DNA of 63,995 nucleotides, filler included, from Acidimicrobiia bacterium (GCA_041577335.1; 3 parts of 3 records of this genome joined end to end with filler, not necessarily neighbours in it); one strand, 5' to 3'; numbered from the whole stretch's first letter, positions 40,297 to 49,996 are shown. Translations and numbers: made by a program. The notes: generated by a model not told the origin, from the sequence alone.

Positions 40297-42186
40297 TCAG
40301 CCCAGCCGACTGATCGAAACGGCGGTGGCTTTGAACTCGGCGGTGCCCGACTTGGCATCCCACTCTTCGATCGTGAGTTGGTTCACATCAGCGTCGTCGG
40401 GGTTGTGAATGGCCATAAAAACGAGGCCGGGCCGCAGGCCATCGTCCACACGGACCGGGGCCTCGATGCCGCCGCGGCGAGAGGCGACCCGAACCGTTTC
40501 CCCGTCTGAGACACCGAGGTCGGCGGCATCCTCGGGCGATAGATCAATGCTCGCCCCGATCCGAATGGGCGAGTCGAAGCCTCCGGACTGAACACCGGTG
40601 TTGTACCCGTCGAGCCGACGCCCGGTAGTCATTCGCAGCGGGAAATCGGCGTCGAGCAGGTCGACTGGTGGCGAGTGCTCAACGGGTGTGAAGGGCGCGA
40701 GCGGCCCGCCAACCGGTTCCTCCCAAAGGCGACTGTGCAAAAAGAGCTCGCCCGGGTGGTCTTCGTCGTAGCAGGGCCACTGGATCCCGCCGAGCTCTTC
40801 GAGGCGGCGATAGCTCATGCCGGCGTGCATGGGCGACACTCGCCGGCACTCGTCCCACACTTCCTCGGCAGTCGGGGTCCCCCAGCCATGCCCGAGGGCG
40901 CCCGCCAGCAAGGAAATGATCTCGATATCTGTCTTGGCGCTACCCGGAGGATCGAGAGCCCGGCGGACGCGTTGCACCCGGCGTTCGCTCGAAGTCACGG
41001 TTCCTTCCGACTCGCACCAATCGGCCGCGGCAGGAAAGACCACGTCGGCCAGTTCGGCCGTGGCCGTCATGAACAGATCTTGTACGACCATGAAGTCGAG
41101 GCTCTCCAGCAGCGACCGGGCTCGCCCCACATCGGCCTCCGACTGAGCGGGGTTCTCGCCGATCACATAGAGCGCTTTGAGATCGCCGTGTTCCATGGCC
41201 TCGAACATCTGGGTGAGGTGCCAGCCGTTCTCGGCTGGCACCGGGTAGCCCCACTCCGCTTCGAACTTGCCGCGCAGGCTGTCGTCGGCCACGTCCTGGA
41301 ACCCTGGCAGCTTGTTGGGGAGGGCGCCCATGTCGCCGCCGCCCTGAACGTTGTTCTGGCCGCGGACCGGCACGAGCCCAGACCCATAACGACCGACGTG
41401 GCCGGTGAGCAACGAGAGATTGATCAACGCCAGCACGTTGTCGGTGGCGTTGTGGTGTTCGGTGATTCCCAGCGTCCAACACAATTGGGCGGACCCCGCC
41501 GAGGCATAGGCCACAGCCAGCTCCTCGATCGCGACCGCCGGCACCCCGGTGACGGCCTCGGCCTTCTCGAGGGTCCATTCATCGACCGACCGGCGGTATG
41601 CCTCGAAGTTCTCTGTGCTGTGATCGATGAATGCCTGGTTCGCGAGACCTTTCTCGATGATCACTCTGCCGATGGCGCTGGCAAGGGGTATGTCGGTACC
41701 GACGTCGAGTCCGAGCCACAGGTCAGCCCATTCGGCCGTCTCCGACCTACGGGGATCGACGACATAGAGCTTGGCACCGTTGTGGATGCCCTTGAGGATG
41801 TGGTGGAAGAAGATGGGGTGGGCGTTGCGCGCGTTCGATCCCCACATGACGATGAGGTCGGTGGTCTCGATTTCCTCGTAGGAGCTCGTACCCCCGCCAG
41901 CTCCAAAGACAGCCGCCAGACCGGCGACAGAAGGAGCGTGTCAGGTGCGGTTGCACGAGTCGATGTTGTTGGATTCCATCACAACCCGCGAGAACTTCTG
42001 TGCCAAGAAATTCGTCTCGTTGGTTGCCTTGGAACACGAGAACATGCCGTACGCGGTTCCGCCGTGAGTATCACGAACGGCTTGGAGTCCCGCTGCGGCT
42101 GCGTCGAGGGCTTCGTCCCAAGAGGCTGGTTCCAACGTCCCGTTTCGACGCACAAAGGGTGTTGTCAATCGGGGTCGCCGTGCCAT
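40297..42186 (-). CDS. fdhA: Selenocysteine-containing molybdopterin formate dehydrogenase catalytic subunit (UGA at 41941-41943 read as Sec)
   Basis: ORF from ATG 42186 (RBS AAAGGAGG) reads NIDSCNRT-UGA-HAPSVAGL in frame with the 516-aa downstream ORF (RGQNNVQG, TTGRRL). Confidence 0.92.
41912..41928 (-). promoter_or_regulatory. Bacterial SECIS element
   Basis: GTCGCC-GGTCT-GGCGGC hairpin 12 nt 3' of the UGA, resembling the E. coli fdhF SECIS. Confidence 0.8.
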
Positions 42187-42294
42187 ATCTTCATCACCTC
42201 CTTTCGCCGTCCCGCCAGCGTAGCGGCCCGTTGCCTCGCTGGTCATGGCACCGCGCGGACGGATTCAGTGCGAACGACGGTCTGGCCAGGCGGC

Positions 42295-42741
42295 TCAGTC
42301 ATCGAGCAAAGCAGGGTCCATCCACGGCCCGCCCGCCCGCTCGGCCAGCTCGGCAAACGTGACACCGTCGAGTATCTCGATCGTGGCGTCACGAACCTCC
42401 ATCCACACTGATCGGAGTGCGCAACCCGTCATCATCGGACAGAGCTCCGGCTCGTGACGTGTGGCGCATGCGATCGGCGCCAGTTGGCCTTCGAAGAGCC
42501 GCACGACGCGCTCGAGGGTGATGTCCTCCGGTGAACGATTGAGCCGATAGCCCCCAGACCGTCCCCGCTCGGATCGGACCAGGCCGGCATTGCGCATCGT
42601 CGGCAGAATCTGCTCGAGCACGCTCTTCGGGACGGCGCAGAGCGTGGCCAAGTCTCCGATCTTGAGCGCATCACGGCCGTCGTTGATGGACAACACGAGG
42701 ATCGCCCGGGTCGCGTAATCGGTCCGCTTCGAAATCCACAC
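42295..42741 (-). CDS. Rrf2 family transcriptional regulator (three-Cys type)
   Basis: SKRTDYATRA, LEQIL, RGRSGGY.L, C-x8-C-x5-C; RBS AAAGGAG. Confidence 0.92.
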   Translation of the reverse strand: MWISKRTDYATRAILVLSINDGRDALKIGDLATLCAVPKSVLEQILPTMRNAGLVRSERGRSGGYRLNRSPEDITLERVVRLFEGQLAPIACATRHEPELCPMMTGCALRSVWMEVRDATIEILDGVTFAELAERAGGPWMDPALLDD

Positions 42742-42812
42742 TCTGTCCGCTCCTTTGGGTCTTGACCGGGTCAGCCGCAGGTCGTAATGTCCCGTGACTT
42801 TTTCTCGACAAT

Positions 42813-42831
42813 CTTGACTCTTTATATCAAG
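42813..42831. promoter_or_regulatory. AT-rich inverted repeat CTTGA-N9-TCAAG, candidate Rrf2 operator
   Basis: Lies in the divergent rrf2/tauE intergenic region. Confidence 0.45.
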
Positions 42832-42858
42832 TATACGATCAACGGAGGCGGAAAGCTC

Positions 42859-43749
42859 ATGACCGGAATCGTGGTGGCGGCACTGATCGGGGTCGTCGCC
42901 CAACTCGTGGATGGATCGCTCGGAATGGCCTACGGCGTCACATCCACGAGCCTGCTCCTGGCCGGGGGTCTCACGCCGGCTGCGGCGTCGGCCAGCGTTC
43001 ACCTTGCCGAGGTCGGCACCACGATGGTCAGCGGCTTGGCCCACTGGCGATTTGGCAACGTCGACCGGCGGGTGCTCATCCGGATTGCCGGGCCGGGAGC
43101 CGTCGGTGCGTTCTGCGGAGCCGTGTTCTTGAGCTGGATCTCTTTGAGCGCAGCCCAACCGATCACCAGCGGGGTGCTGCTCGCATTGGGCGTCTACGTC
43201 ATCATTCGTTTCGCGTCAGCCACATCGGGCCAGATCAGGGGCCGCGCCTATGTGCGGGGGAGACACCTCGCCGTGCTGGGCGGTATCGCCGGATTCGTCG
43301 ACGCAAGTGGCGGCGGCGGCTGGGGTCCCATCGCCACACCAACACTGCTGGCGACGGGGAAGATGGAACCTCGCAAGGTCATCGGGTCGGTCAGCGCGGC
43401 AGAGTTCGCAGTTGCCGCGGCAGCCTCCGCGGGATTCGGGGTCGGACTGGGAATGGAGGGCGTCTCATTCGTGACAGTGGCCGGCCTACTGATCGGCGGG
43501 GCATTGGCCGCTCCAGTTGCTGCGTGGTTGGTCCGCAAAGTCATGCCGGAGATCCTGGGAGTGGCCGTCGGTGGCTTGATCGTGCTCACCAATGCCCGCA
43601 CGATTCTCGCCTACTGGGACGTGCCCGGTTCCCTCTGGATCTTGGGCGCCCTGACCATCGTGTGGGCTCTTGGAATGGCGGCGATTGTTGCCCGCCGACG
43701 CAGAAGGGCTCTCCCCGACGAGCCACCGGCATTGATCGAAGCAGCCTGA
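42859..43749 (+). CDS. TauE/SafE family sulfite exporter (TSUP)
   Basis: DGSLGMAYG, HWRFGN, DASGGGGWGP; multiple TM helices. Confidence 0.9.
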   Translation: MTGIVVAALIGVVAQLVDGSLGMAYGVTSTSLLLAGGLTPAAASASVHLAEVGTTMVSGLAHWRFGNVDRRVLIRIAGPGAVGAFCGAVFLSWISLSAAQPITSGVLLALGVYVIIRFASATSGQIRGRAYVRGRHLAVLGGIAGFVDASGGGGWGPIATPTLLATGKMEPRKVIGSVSAAEFAVAAAASAGFGVGLGMEGVSFVTVAGLLIGGALAAPVAAWLVRKVMPEILGVAVGGLIVLTNARTILAYWDVPGSLWILGALTIVWALGMAAIVARRRRRALPDEPPALIEAA

Positions 43750-43787
43750 CCGAACCTGCCTTGTCGTCAACGGCTATTCTCGTGTGT

Positions 43788-43842
43788 GCGCCATATTTGA
43801 ACGTCAGCTTGCGGGCGCCTGAAAAATGCAGCTAAAGCGACG
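43788..43842 (+). ncRNA. SAM-II-like riboswitch
   Basis: P1 GCGCC/GGCGC, loop ATATTTGAACGTCAGCTTGCG, 3' AAATGCAGCTAAAGCGACG forming the pseudoknot; precedes a methionine-synthesis gene. Confidence 0.8.
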
Positions 43843-43878
43843 GGATCTCAGACTCAGGTCCCGCCCGAAGGGATCAGC

Positions 43879-44868
43879 ATGTCAGTCTTCGAAGAACTCC
43901 TCTCAGCAGGGCCAATCGTCGCCGATGGCGCTACCGGAACGGCGCTCTTCGACCTCGGTCTCGAAACTGGTGGCTGTCCGGAGCAGCTCAACGTCGATCG
44001 ATCGGACCTCATCTCCAAGGTCCACGACGGCTATTTGGAGGCCGGCGCCGATCTGATCCTCACCAATACCTTCGGCGGCAACCGCGCTCGGCTCCGACTC
44101 CACAACCTCGAAAACCGGGTCGCCGAGCTGAATTCCGCCGCCGCTCAGATTGCCCGTACCGCTGCCGATCGCGCCGGCCGTCCGGTCGTGGTTGCCGGTT
44201 CCATCGGCCCCACCGGCGAGCTCTACCAGCCGGCCGGTCCATTTGACCCCGCGGAAGGCGTCGAGATGTTCTCCGAGCAGGCGGCCGCATTGGTGGACGC
44301 CGGCGTAGACGTGCTGTGGATCGAGACTCTCTCATCGCTCGAGGAGCTAGCTGCCGCGGTCGAGGCGTGTAGCGGACGAGGCGTTCCCGTTACCGCCACG
44401 CTGAGCTTCGATACCAATGGCCACACCATGATGGGCATCTCGCCGACTGCGTTCGCCGATTGGTGGAACCACGACCAGCGCCTGGCCGGCATCGGTGTCA
44501 ACTGCGGTATTGGGCCCGCCGACAACGTTGCCGCCGCAGCCGGCATCGATCGGGCGACTTCGGGTGTTCCCATCATCGTCAAAGGCAACTGTGGCATCCC
44601 CCTCTATAAGGACGACGCACTCGTTTACCCATCCGGCCCCGAAACCATGCACGACTATGCGACTTTGGCACTCAGGGCCGGCGCGCGGATCGTCGGCGCC
44701 TGCTGCGGATCGAGCTTCGACCACATTGCCGCCATCCGCCAAACCGTCGATGCCTACCAGGGTGGAGATCGCCCCGAGCTACCTGAGATCGAGGCAACAC
44801 TCGGTGAAGTCGCCAAGCCCTCAGGCCGCTCGGGGCGACGCACACGCAGGTCGGCGTCGACTGGCTGA
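43879..44868 (+). CDS. bmt: Betaine-homocysteine S-methyltransferase (stand-alone Hcy-binding domain)
   Basis: DGATGT, TNTFGG, GSIGP, TMMG, GVNCG, KGNCGIP, GACCG Zn ligands. Confidence 0.85.
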   Translation: MSVFEELLSAGPIVADGATGTALFDLGLETGGCPEQLNVDRSDLISKVHDGYLEAGADLILTNTFGGNRARLRLHNLENRVAELNSAAAQIARTAADRAGRPVVVAGSIGPTGELYQPAGPFDPAEGVEMFSEQAAALVDAGVDVLWIETLSSLEELAAAVEACSGRGVPVTATLSFDTNGHTMMGISPTAFADWWNHDQRLAGIGVNCGIGPADNVAAAAGIDRATSGVPIIVKGNCGIPLYKDDALVYPSGPETMHDYATLALRAGARIVGACCGSSFDHIAAIRQTVDAYQGGDRPELPEIEATLGEVAKPSGRSGRRTRRSASTG

Positions 44869-44884
44869 GTCGGTCGCTCCGTCC

Positions 44885-46642
44885 CTAAAACAGTCCGACG
44901 ACGTTGCCGTTCTCGTCGACATCGACGCTCATGTAGGCGGGTTTGGTACCCAGCCCGGGCATCGTCCGCATCTCGCCAAGCAACGGGTAGATGAAGCCCG
45001 CCCCCACCGACGCCCGCACTTCTCGGACCGGAATCGTGTAGCCGGAGGGCGCGCCCTTCAAGGTTGGGTCGTGGCTCATCGAGAGATGCGTCTTGGCCAT
45101 GCAAATCGGGAGGTAGCCATACCCGGCCCGTTCGAATTCCTCGATCTGACGATTGGCGAGGGGCGAGTATTCCACTCCGTCGGCTCCGTAGATCTCTGTG
45201 CTGATCGTCTCGATCTTCTCCTTGATGCTGCGCTCGAGCTGGTAGAGAAACTGAAAACGGGCGGGCTCGCTGGTCGCGGCGACCACCGCCTTGGCCAGCT
45301 CCTCCCCCCCTGCCCCTCCATCTGCCCAATGGTCCGACGTCACCGCAGCAAACGCTCCTGACTCGAGTGCGCGCTCTTTGATGAGGTCGATCTCGTGATG
45401 AGTGTCGGTGTGGAAACTGTTCACCGCCACCACTACCGGGATGCCGAACTTCTGGGCGTTGGCAATGTGCGCCTCGAGATTGGTGAGACCGGCTCGCAAC
45501 AGCGGCAGATTCTCCTCGGTATAGGCAGGATCGAGCTTGCGGCCCGGCACGACCTTGGGCCCACCGCCGTGCGTCTTCAGCGCGCGCACCGTCGCCACCA
45601 ACACCACCGCGTCAGGCTTGAGCCCCGATACCCGGCACTTGATATCGAAGAACTTCTCCATGCCCATATCGGCGCCGAAGCCACTTTCGGTGACGACGTA
45701 ATCGCCGAGTTGCAGCGCCACCCGGTCGGCAAGGATCGATGAATTGCCGTGAGCAATGTTGGCGAACGGGCCCGCGTGCACAAACGCCAGCTGGCCCTCG
45801 AGAGTCTGCATGATCGTGGGATGGAGCGTCTCCATCATGAGAACGGTGACCGCTCCGGCCACCCCCAGATCCTCGAGAGTGATGGGGTCACCGGCCTTGG
45901 AGGAGCCAACCACCACGCGCCCCGTGCGCTCACGAAGATTGCGAAGGGCTGATGCGTAATTCTCACCATCGACGAGCGCCAGGATCGCCATCAGCTCCGA
46001 GGCCACGGAGATGTCGTAGCCGGTCTCGCGGGGACGGCCCTCGGCTGCACCGCCCAATCCGACGATGACGTTGCGCAATGCACGGTCGTTGATATCCACG
46101 ACGCGCCGCCATGAGACTCGGTTGGGATCGATCGCCAGCCGCTTCAGGCCCAACTCGTCGAGCTGGGAGTCGGTGAGCCGGCCTTCGTGGTACCAGCGGG
46201 CGTCGATGGCTGCGGCAACGAGATTGTGGGCGGCGCTGATGGCGTGGATGTCACCGGTGAGATGCAGATTGAACTCGTCCATCGGCACTACCTGGGAGTA
46301 CCCACCCCCGGCTGCTCCCCCCTTGATGCCGAACGTCGGGCCCATGGATGGCTGGCGGATGGCTGCGATCGACTTGTGGCCGAGCCTGCCCAAGCCTTGC
46401 ACCAAGCCGACGGTGGTCGTCGTCTTTCCTTCACCCAGCGGAGTGGGGGTGATCGCGGTCACATCGATGTACTTGCCCGGCTCTCGCCCGCCGACCCTTT
46501 TGAGGATGTCGAGGTGGACCTTGGCCTTGGTCGACCCATAGGGGATCAACTCGGAGGTCTCAATTCCGTAAATGGCAGCCAGTTCGCTGATCGGCTTGAT
46601 GGTCGCCGCCTGGGCAATCGCAAGATCGCTTGGCACGGTCAC
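44885..46642 (-). CDS. fhs: Formate--tetrahydrofolate ligase
   Basis: TPTPLGEGKTT, GIKGGAAGGG, HAGPFANIAHG, TESGFGAD, CMAKT. Confidence 0.97.
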   Translation of the reverse strand: MTVPSDLAIAQAATIKPISELAAIYGIETSELIPYGSTKAKVHLDILKRVGGREPGKYIDVTAITPTPLGEGKTTTTVGLVQGLGRLGHKSIAAIRQPSMGPTFGIKGGAAGGGYSQVVPMDEFNLHLTGDIHAISAAHNLVAAAIDARWYHEGRLTDSQLDELGLKRLAIDPNRVSWRRVVDINDRALRNVIVGLGGAAEGRPRETGYDISVASELMAILALVDGENYASALRNLRERTGRVVVGSSKAGDPITLEDLGVAGAVTVLMMETLHPTIMQTLEGQLAFVHAGPFANIAHGNSSILADRVALQLGDYVVTESGFGADMGMEKFFDIKCRVSGLKPDAVVLVATVRALKTHGGGPKVVPGRKLDPAYTEENLPLLRAGLTNLEAHIANAQKFGIPVVVAVNSFHTDTHHEIDLIKERALESGAFAAVTSDHWADGGAGGEELAKAVVAATSEPARFQFLYQLERSIKEKIETISTEIYGADGVEYSPLANRQIEEFERAGYGYLPICMAKTHLSMSHDPTLKGAPSGYTIPVREVRASVGAGFIYPLLGEMRTMPGLGTKPAYMSVDVDENGNVVGLF

Positions 46643-46965
46643 GAGGTTCTCCTATTCGGTCGAAGCCCAGGAAGGGTAGATCGGTTACGGCACCGCATGC
46701 GAGCCGGACGGCTATCGACGGCCCGGACGCTCGGAGGCACACAACCAAGCACCTGCCACCCGACAATCACCGAAGGCTGCCCACGATCACCATCACAGCT
46801 CGGAAGGACACCGGTCCTCACGTCGAGGACACCGCCCATGGCGGAGAAATCCAGTCGATGCCGATGGGCCGTCACTTCGGCGAGCGCGTAGCGATGAAAC
46901 GACTGCACTCTCCCCCGACGTGCACTAGCGTTGCGCCAGTTTTCTGCAGCGAGGCTCCCGCCTTG

Positions 46966-48204
46966 ATGACCAAAACCTCAACCTTCTCGGTCGTTCGAGC
47001 CTCGTGGGCCCTCTTCCTGGCACTCGCGCTGGTCATGGTCGGCAACGGCCTCCAGGGCTCTCTGATCGGTGTGCGAACCCAGGTGGAAGGATTCTCAGAC
47101 CTCGCCACCGGCTTGATCATCACCGGCTACTACGCCGGTTTCCTGATCGGCTCCTGGTTCATTCCTCAAGTCCTCCGCCAGGTCGGGCATATCCGGGTCT
47201 TCGTGGGCCTGGCGTCGGCGATGTCGTCGGTGCTCTTGGTCTACGCAATCTGGGTCACGCCGTATTCGTGGATCCTCTTGCGGATCGTGGCCGGCGTCGC
47301 CATGGCCGGTCTCTATGTGACGGTGGAGAGCTGGCTCAACGAAGTCGCCACCAACGAAAACCGAGGCAAGACGATGTCTGCCTACATGGTCGTGATGACT
47401 GGGGCGATCATTGCCGGACAGGGGTTGCTCGGGACAGCCAGCGTGCGCGGGTTTGTTCTGTTCATCATTGCCTCGCTCGCCGTGTCGCTGGCCATAGTTC
47501 CGCTGGCGCTGTCGCCGATTCCCGCCCCGAGTTTCGATCTTCCCGAAACGCTGTCGCTGAAGCAGCTTTTTCGCATGGCGCCGCTCGGCGTGGTGAGTGG
47601 ATTCCTCACCGGCGCCTCGAACGGTGCGCTCTTCGGTATGACAGCGGTGTGGGCCACGGCGGCCGGCTTGGCGCCCGCCCGGGTGGGCGTTCTGGTCGCA
47701 GCCGGCCTGGCCGGCTCACTGGTGTTTCAATGGCCGCTCGGCGCGCTGTCGGATCGGCTGCCACGGAGGCGGGTCATATTCGGTTCGGCTGTGGTAGCCG
47801 TGCTCGCCTCGGCGTTTGCGCTCGGCATCGACCCGCGCTCAACCATGATGACGGTCGTCTTCTTCATCTACGGAGGCGCCACGTATCCGCTCTACTCGTT
47901 ATCGGCGAGCTTGGTCAACGACATGGTCCCCAAGGAACAGCTGGTCGCAGCTGCGTCTGGTTTCGTCTTCATCGTCGGCTCGGGAGCGGTGGTCGGCCCC
48001 TTGAGCGTGACGGCCCTGACCAGGGCTCTGGGGCCGGACGGGTTCTTCTGGGCGCTCGGACTTCTGCTGTTGCCCGTGGCGGTCTTCTCCCTGTGGAGGG
48101 TCTACCGGTACATCGCCCCAACCCAGCGGCCGTACATCTTCGTGCCGGCCCGAACGACCAGCCTGCTGATCACCGGCGTTCTGCGACGCCGCAATGGCCG
48201 GTAG
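46966..48204 (+). CDS. MFS transporter (YcaD-like)
   Basis: GNGLQG, VGHIRVF, ESWLNE, QWPLG.LSD; about 12 TM helices. Confidence 0.88.
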   Translation: MTKTSTFSVVRASWALFLALALVMVGNGLQGSLIGVRTQVEGFSDLATGLIITGYYAGFLIGSWFIPQVLRQVGHIRVFVGLASAMSSVLLVYAIWVTPYSWILLRIVAGVAMAGLYVTVESWLNEVATNENRGKTMSAYMVVMTGAIIAGQGLLGTASVRGFVLFIIASLAVSLAIVPLALSPIPAPSFDLPETLSLKQLFRMAPLGVVSGFLTGASNGALFGMTAVWATAAGLAPARVGVLVAAGLAGSLVFQWPLGALSDRLPRRRVIFGSAVVAVLASAFALGIDPRSTMMTVVFFIYGGATYPLYSLSASLVNDMVPKEQLVAAASGFVFIVGSGAVVGPLSVTALTRALGPDGFFWALGLLLLPVAVFSLWRVYRYIAPTQRPYIFVPARTTSLLITGVLRRRNGR

Positions 48205-48231
48205 CGATTGCTTCGGCAATAGACTCCCAGC

Positions 48232-48435
48232 ATGTTTGGACCACTCAACGGCGTGCGCTCCGCACTCGTAGCCACCGCGGTGTTCGCCGCGATCATTGCG
48301 TTCGCCCTGGGCTTTCGGGTCGCCGGTTTGGTGATCATGGCGGGGGTCGCTGTCCATGGGCTCGGCTGGTGGTGGCTCTACCAGCGACACCGGCCCTCCC
48401 AAGACCAGCCCGCCGAACCCGACGCTGCTTCCTGA
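48232..48435 (+). CDS. Small two-TM membrane protein
   Basis: 67-aa hydrophobic ORF filling the intergenic space. Confidence 0.55.
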   Translation: MFGPLNGVRSALVATAVFAAIIAFALGFRVAGLVIMAGVAVHGLGWWWLYQRHRPSQDQPAEPDAAS

Positions 48436-48476
48436 CCACGCCTACGTCGAATTGATCGATTTCGATTGCGACGGCG

Positions 48477-49145
48477 CTAGGAGACGAGTTGGGCCGATAG
48501 GAGATCGGCGCGCTCCATGACCAAACCGGCGACATTGCCCGAGCCTTTCCCGAATCGATAGGCCGGCCCGTGCACGTGGAGCGCAGCCACCGGCCTGCCG
48601 CGCTTGTCGAGAATCGGAGCAGCCACGGAGGAAATCCCTTCGGCGAATTCCTCCACCACCCAGGCGTGCCGGTCACGCCGTACCTCGGCGAGCCGTCGCC
48701 GAATCAAATCGGGGTCGGTCACCGTGAGGCCGGTGTACTGCTTCAACGGGCGTCGCAGGAATCGGGCAAGGCGCTCCTCAGGCCAATGCGCCAGCAGGAC
48801 GAGGCCCGACGGCACGGCATGCATTTCTACGAGTTCGTCCGTCCAGTCCCGTACCTGGACGGCATTGCCGCTGTCGACTTGGTCGATGTAATGCACGAGG
48901 TACCCATCGGGCACGGACAGGCCGGCATCTTCACCCACCGAGTCGGCGAGAAACATGAGGTGCGGTCGGGCTCGCGAGATCAGGGCTGCCGATGCCGAGC
49001 TTGCTCCTGCCAACCTGCCGAGGGCGGGGCCGACGCGGTAGCGAGCATCCGGGGATCGCTTCACGACCTCCATGCTCTCGAGCGTCTTGAGCAGACGGGC
49101 CACCGTGCTCTTGGGGAGATCGACGCGATCAGCCAGATCGGTGAC
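48477..49145 (-). CDS. IclR family transcriptional regulator (5' truncated by the gap)
   Basis: LPKSTVARLL HTH; EEFAEGISSVAAPI, GPAYRF. Confidence 0.9.
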   Translation of the reverse strand, partial: VTDLADRVDLPKSTVARLLKTLESMEVVKRSPDARYRVGPALGRLAGASSASAALISRARPHLMFLADSVGEDAGLSVPDGYLVHYIDQVDSGNAVQVRDWTDELVEMHAVPSGLVLLAHWPEERLARFLRRPLKQYTGLTVTDPDLIRRRLAEVRRDRHAWVVEEFAEGISSVAAPILDKRGRPVAALHVHGPAYRFGKGSGNVAGLVMERADLLSAQLVS

Positions 49146-49245
49146 NNNNNNNNNNNNNNNNNNNNNNNNNNNNNNNNNNNNNNNNNNNNTTAATTAATTA
49201 ANNNNNNNNNNNNNNNNNNNNNNNNNNNNNNNNNNNNNNNNNNNN
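49146..49245. other. Artificial contig linker (N-run with TTAATTAATTAA)
   Basis: Ns flanking a six-frame stop linker. Confidence 0.99.
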
Positions 49246-49246
49246 C

Positions 49247-49996
49247 ACCGGGGAGACCCCCGATCAGGTCGGCTTGGCAACCAAACTGGCTGAGCTCACC
49301 GCTCTGGCCATTCTCCTCGCTCCTCGGACCACGCGCACCCGGTTCCGCCTCATCGCCGTCAATGGCTTGACCATCTTTCTGTTCCTGCTCGTCGGCGTTT
49401 CGGGATGGATCGGAGCGTTCAGCGGCGGGGGTGGTCACCATCTGGGCGATGTGCCCACGCCGGGAGTCCTGCTCCCGATCGGTGACGATCGCGACCCGAC
49501 TCCCGCCGAACAGGCCGCTCATGACCTGATCGTGGCCGAGGTCATTCGCCATTCTGCCCAGTACGCCGATCTAGCCGTGGCGGCGGCCGCGGGATACGAC
49601 GTTGCCGATATCAGCGGGAGCGACTACCACGCCGCCAACGAAGCATTCAAGAGCGACGACCACGTGTTCGATCCCGAACGCCCCGAAAACCTGATCTACG
49701 GCATCGCCGACTCAGGAGAGCCGGTGCTTCTCGGTGTGATGTTCGAGATGGAGAAACTACGCCAGGCCGGACCGGCGCCTGCCGGGCCCCTCACGGTGTG
49801 GCACGCTCACGATCACGTCTGTTTCACCGTCACCGGCCTTGGTCCGCTGGTCTCCCCGTGGGGCGGCTGCCCCATTGGCCACATGGCCGTTCCCATGACC
49901 AACGAGATGCTCCACATCTGGACCGTGCCCAACGCCGAAGAACCAGTAGGCGAGCTCGAAGACTGGGAACGGGACGCCTACCTCTCCTCCCGGTAG
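49247..49996 (+). CDS. Hypothetical membrane-anchored His-rich protein (5' truncated)
   Basis: Frame is open from the gap; TM helix; DPERPENLIY, WHAHDHVC, MLHIW motifs. Confidence 0.7.
   Translation, partial: TGETPDQVGLATKLAELTALAILLAPRTTRTRFRLIAVNGLTIFLFLLVGVSGWIGAFSGGGGHHLGDVPTPGVLLPIGDDRDPTPAEQAAHDLIVAEVIRHSAQYADLAVAAAAGYDVADISGSDYHAANEAFKSDDHVFDPERPENLIYGIADSGEPVLLGVMFEMEKLRQAGPAPAGPLTVWHAHDHVCFTVTGLGPLVSPWGGCPIGHMAVPMTNEMLHIWTVPNAEEPVGELEDWERDAYLSSR

Noticed and set aside
41941..41943. fdhA as a nonsense-mutated pseudogene
   Set aside because: The stop is a UGA at the exact metal-ligand position and is followed by a SECIS-like hairpin.
40675..42411. 578-aa plus-strand ORF
   Set aside because: Antisense shadow of fdhA.
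46650..46920. Possible ZTP or glycine riboswitch upstream of fhs
   Set aside because: Only fragments are present (GGAGAG...CGCCGAAG, GACTGG, CCTGGGC); the required GACTGGCG/CGCC pairing and CTCAGG are absent. An Rfam scan would settle it.
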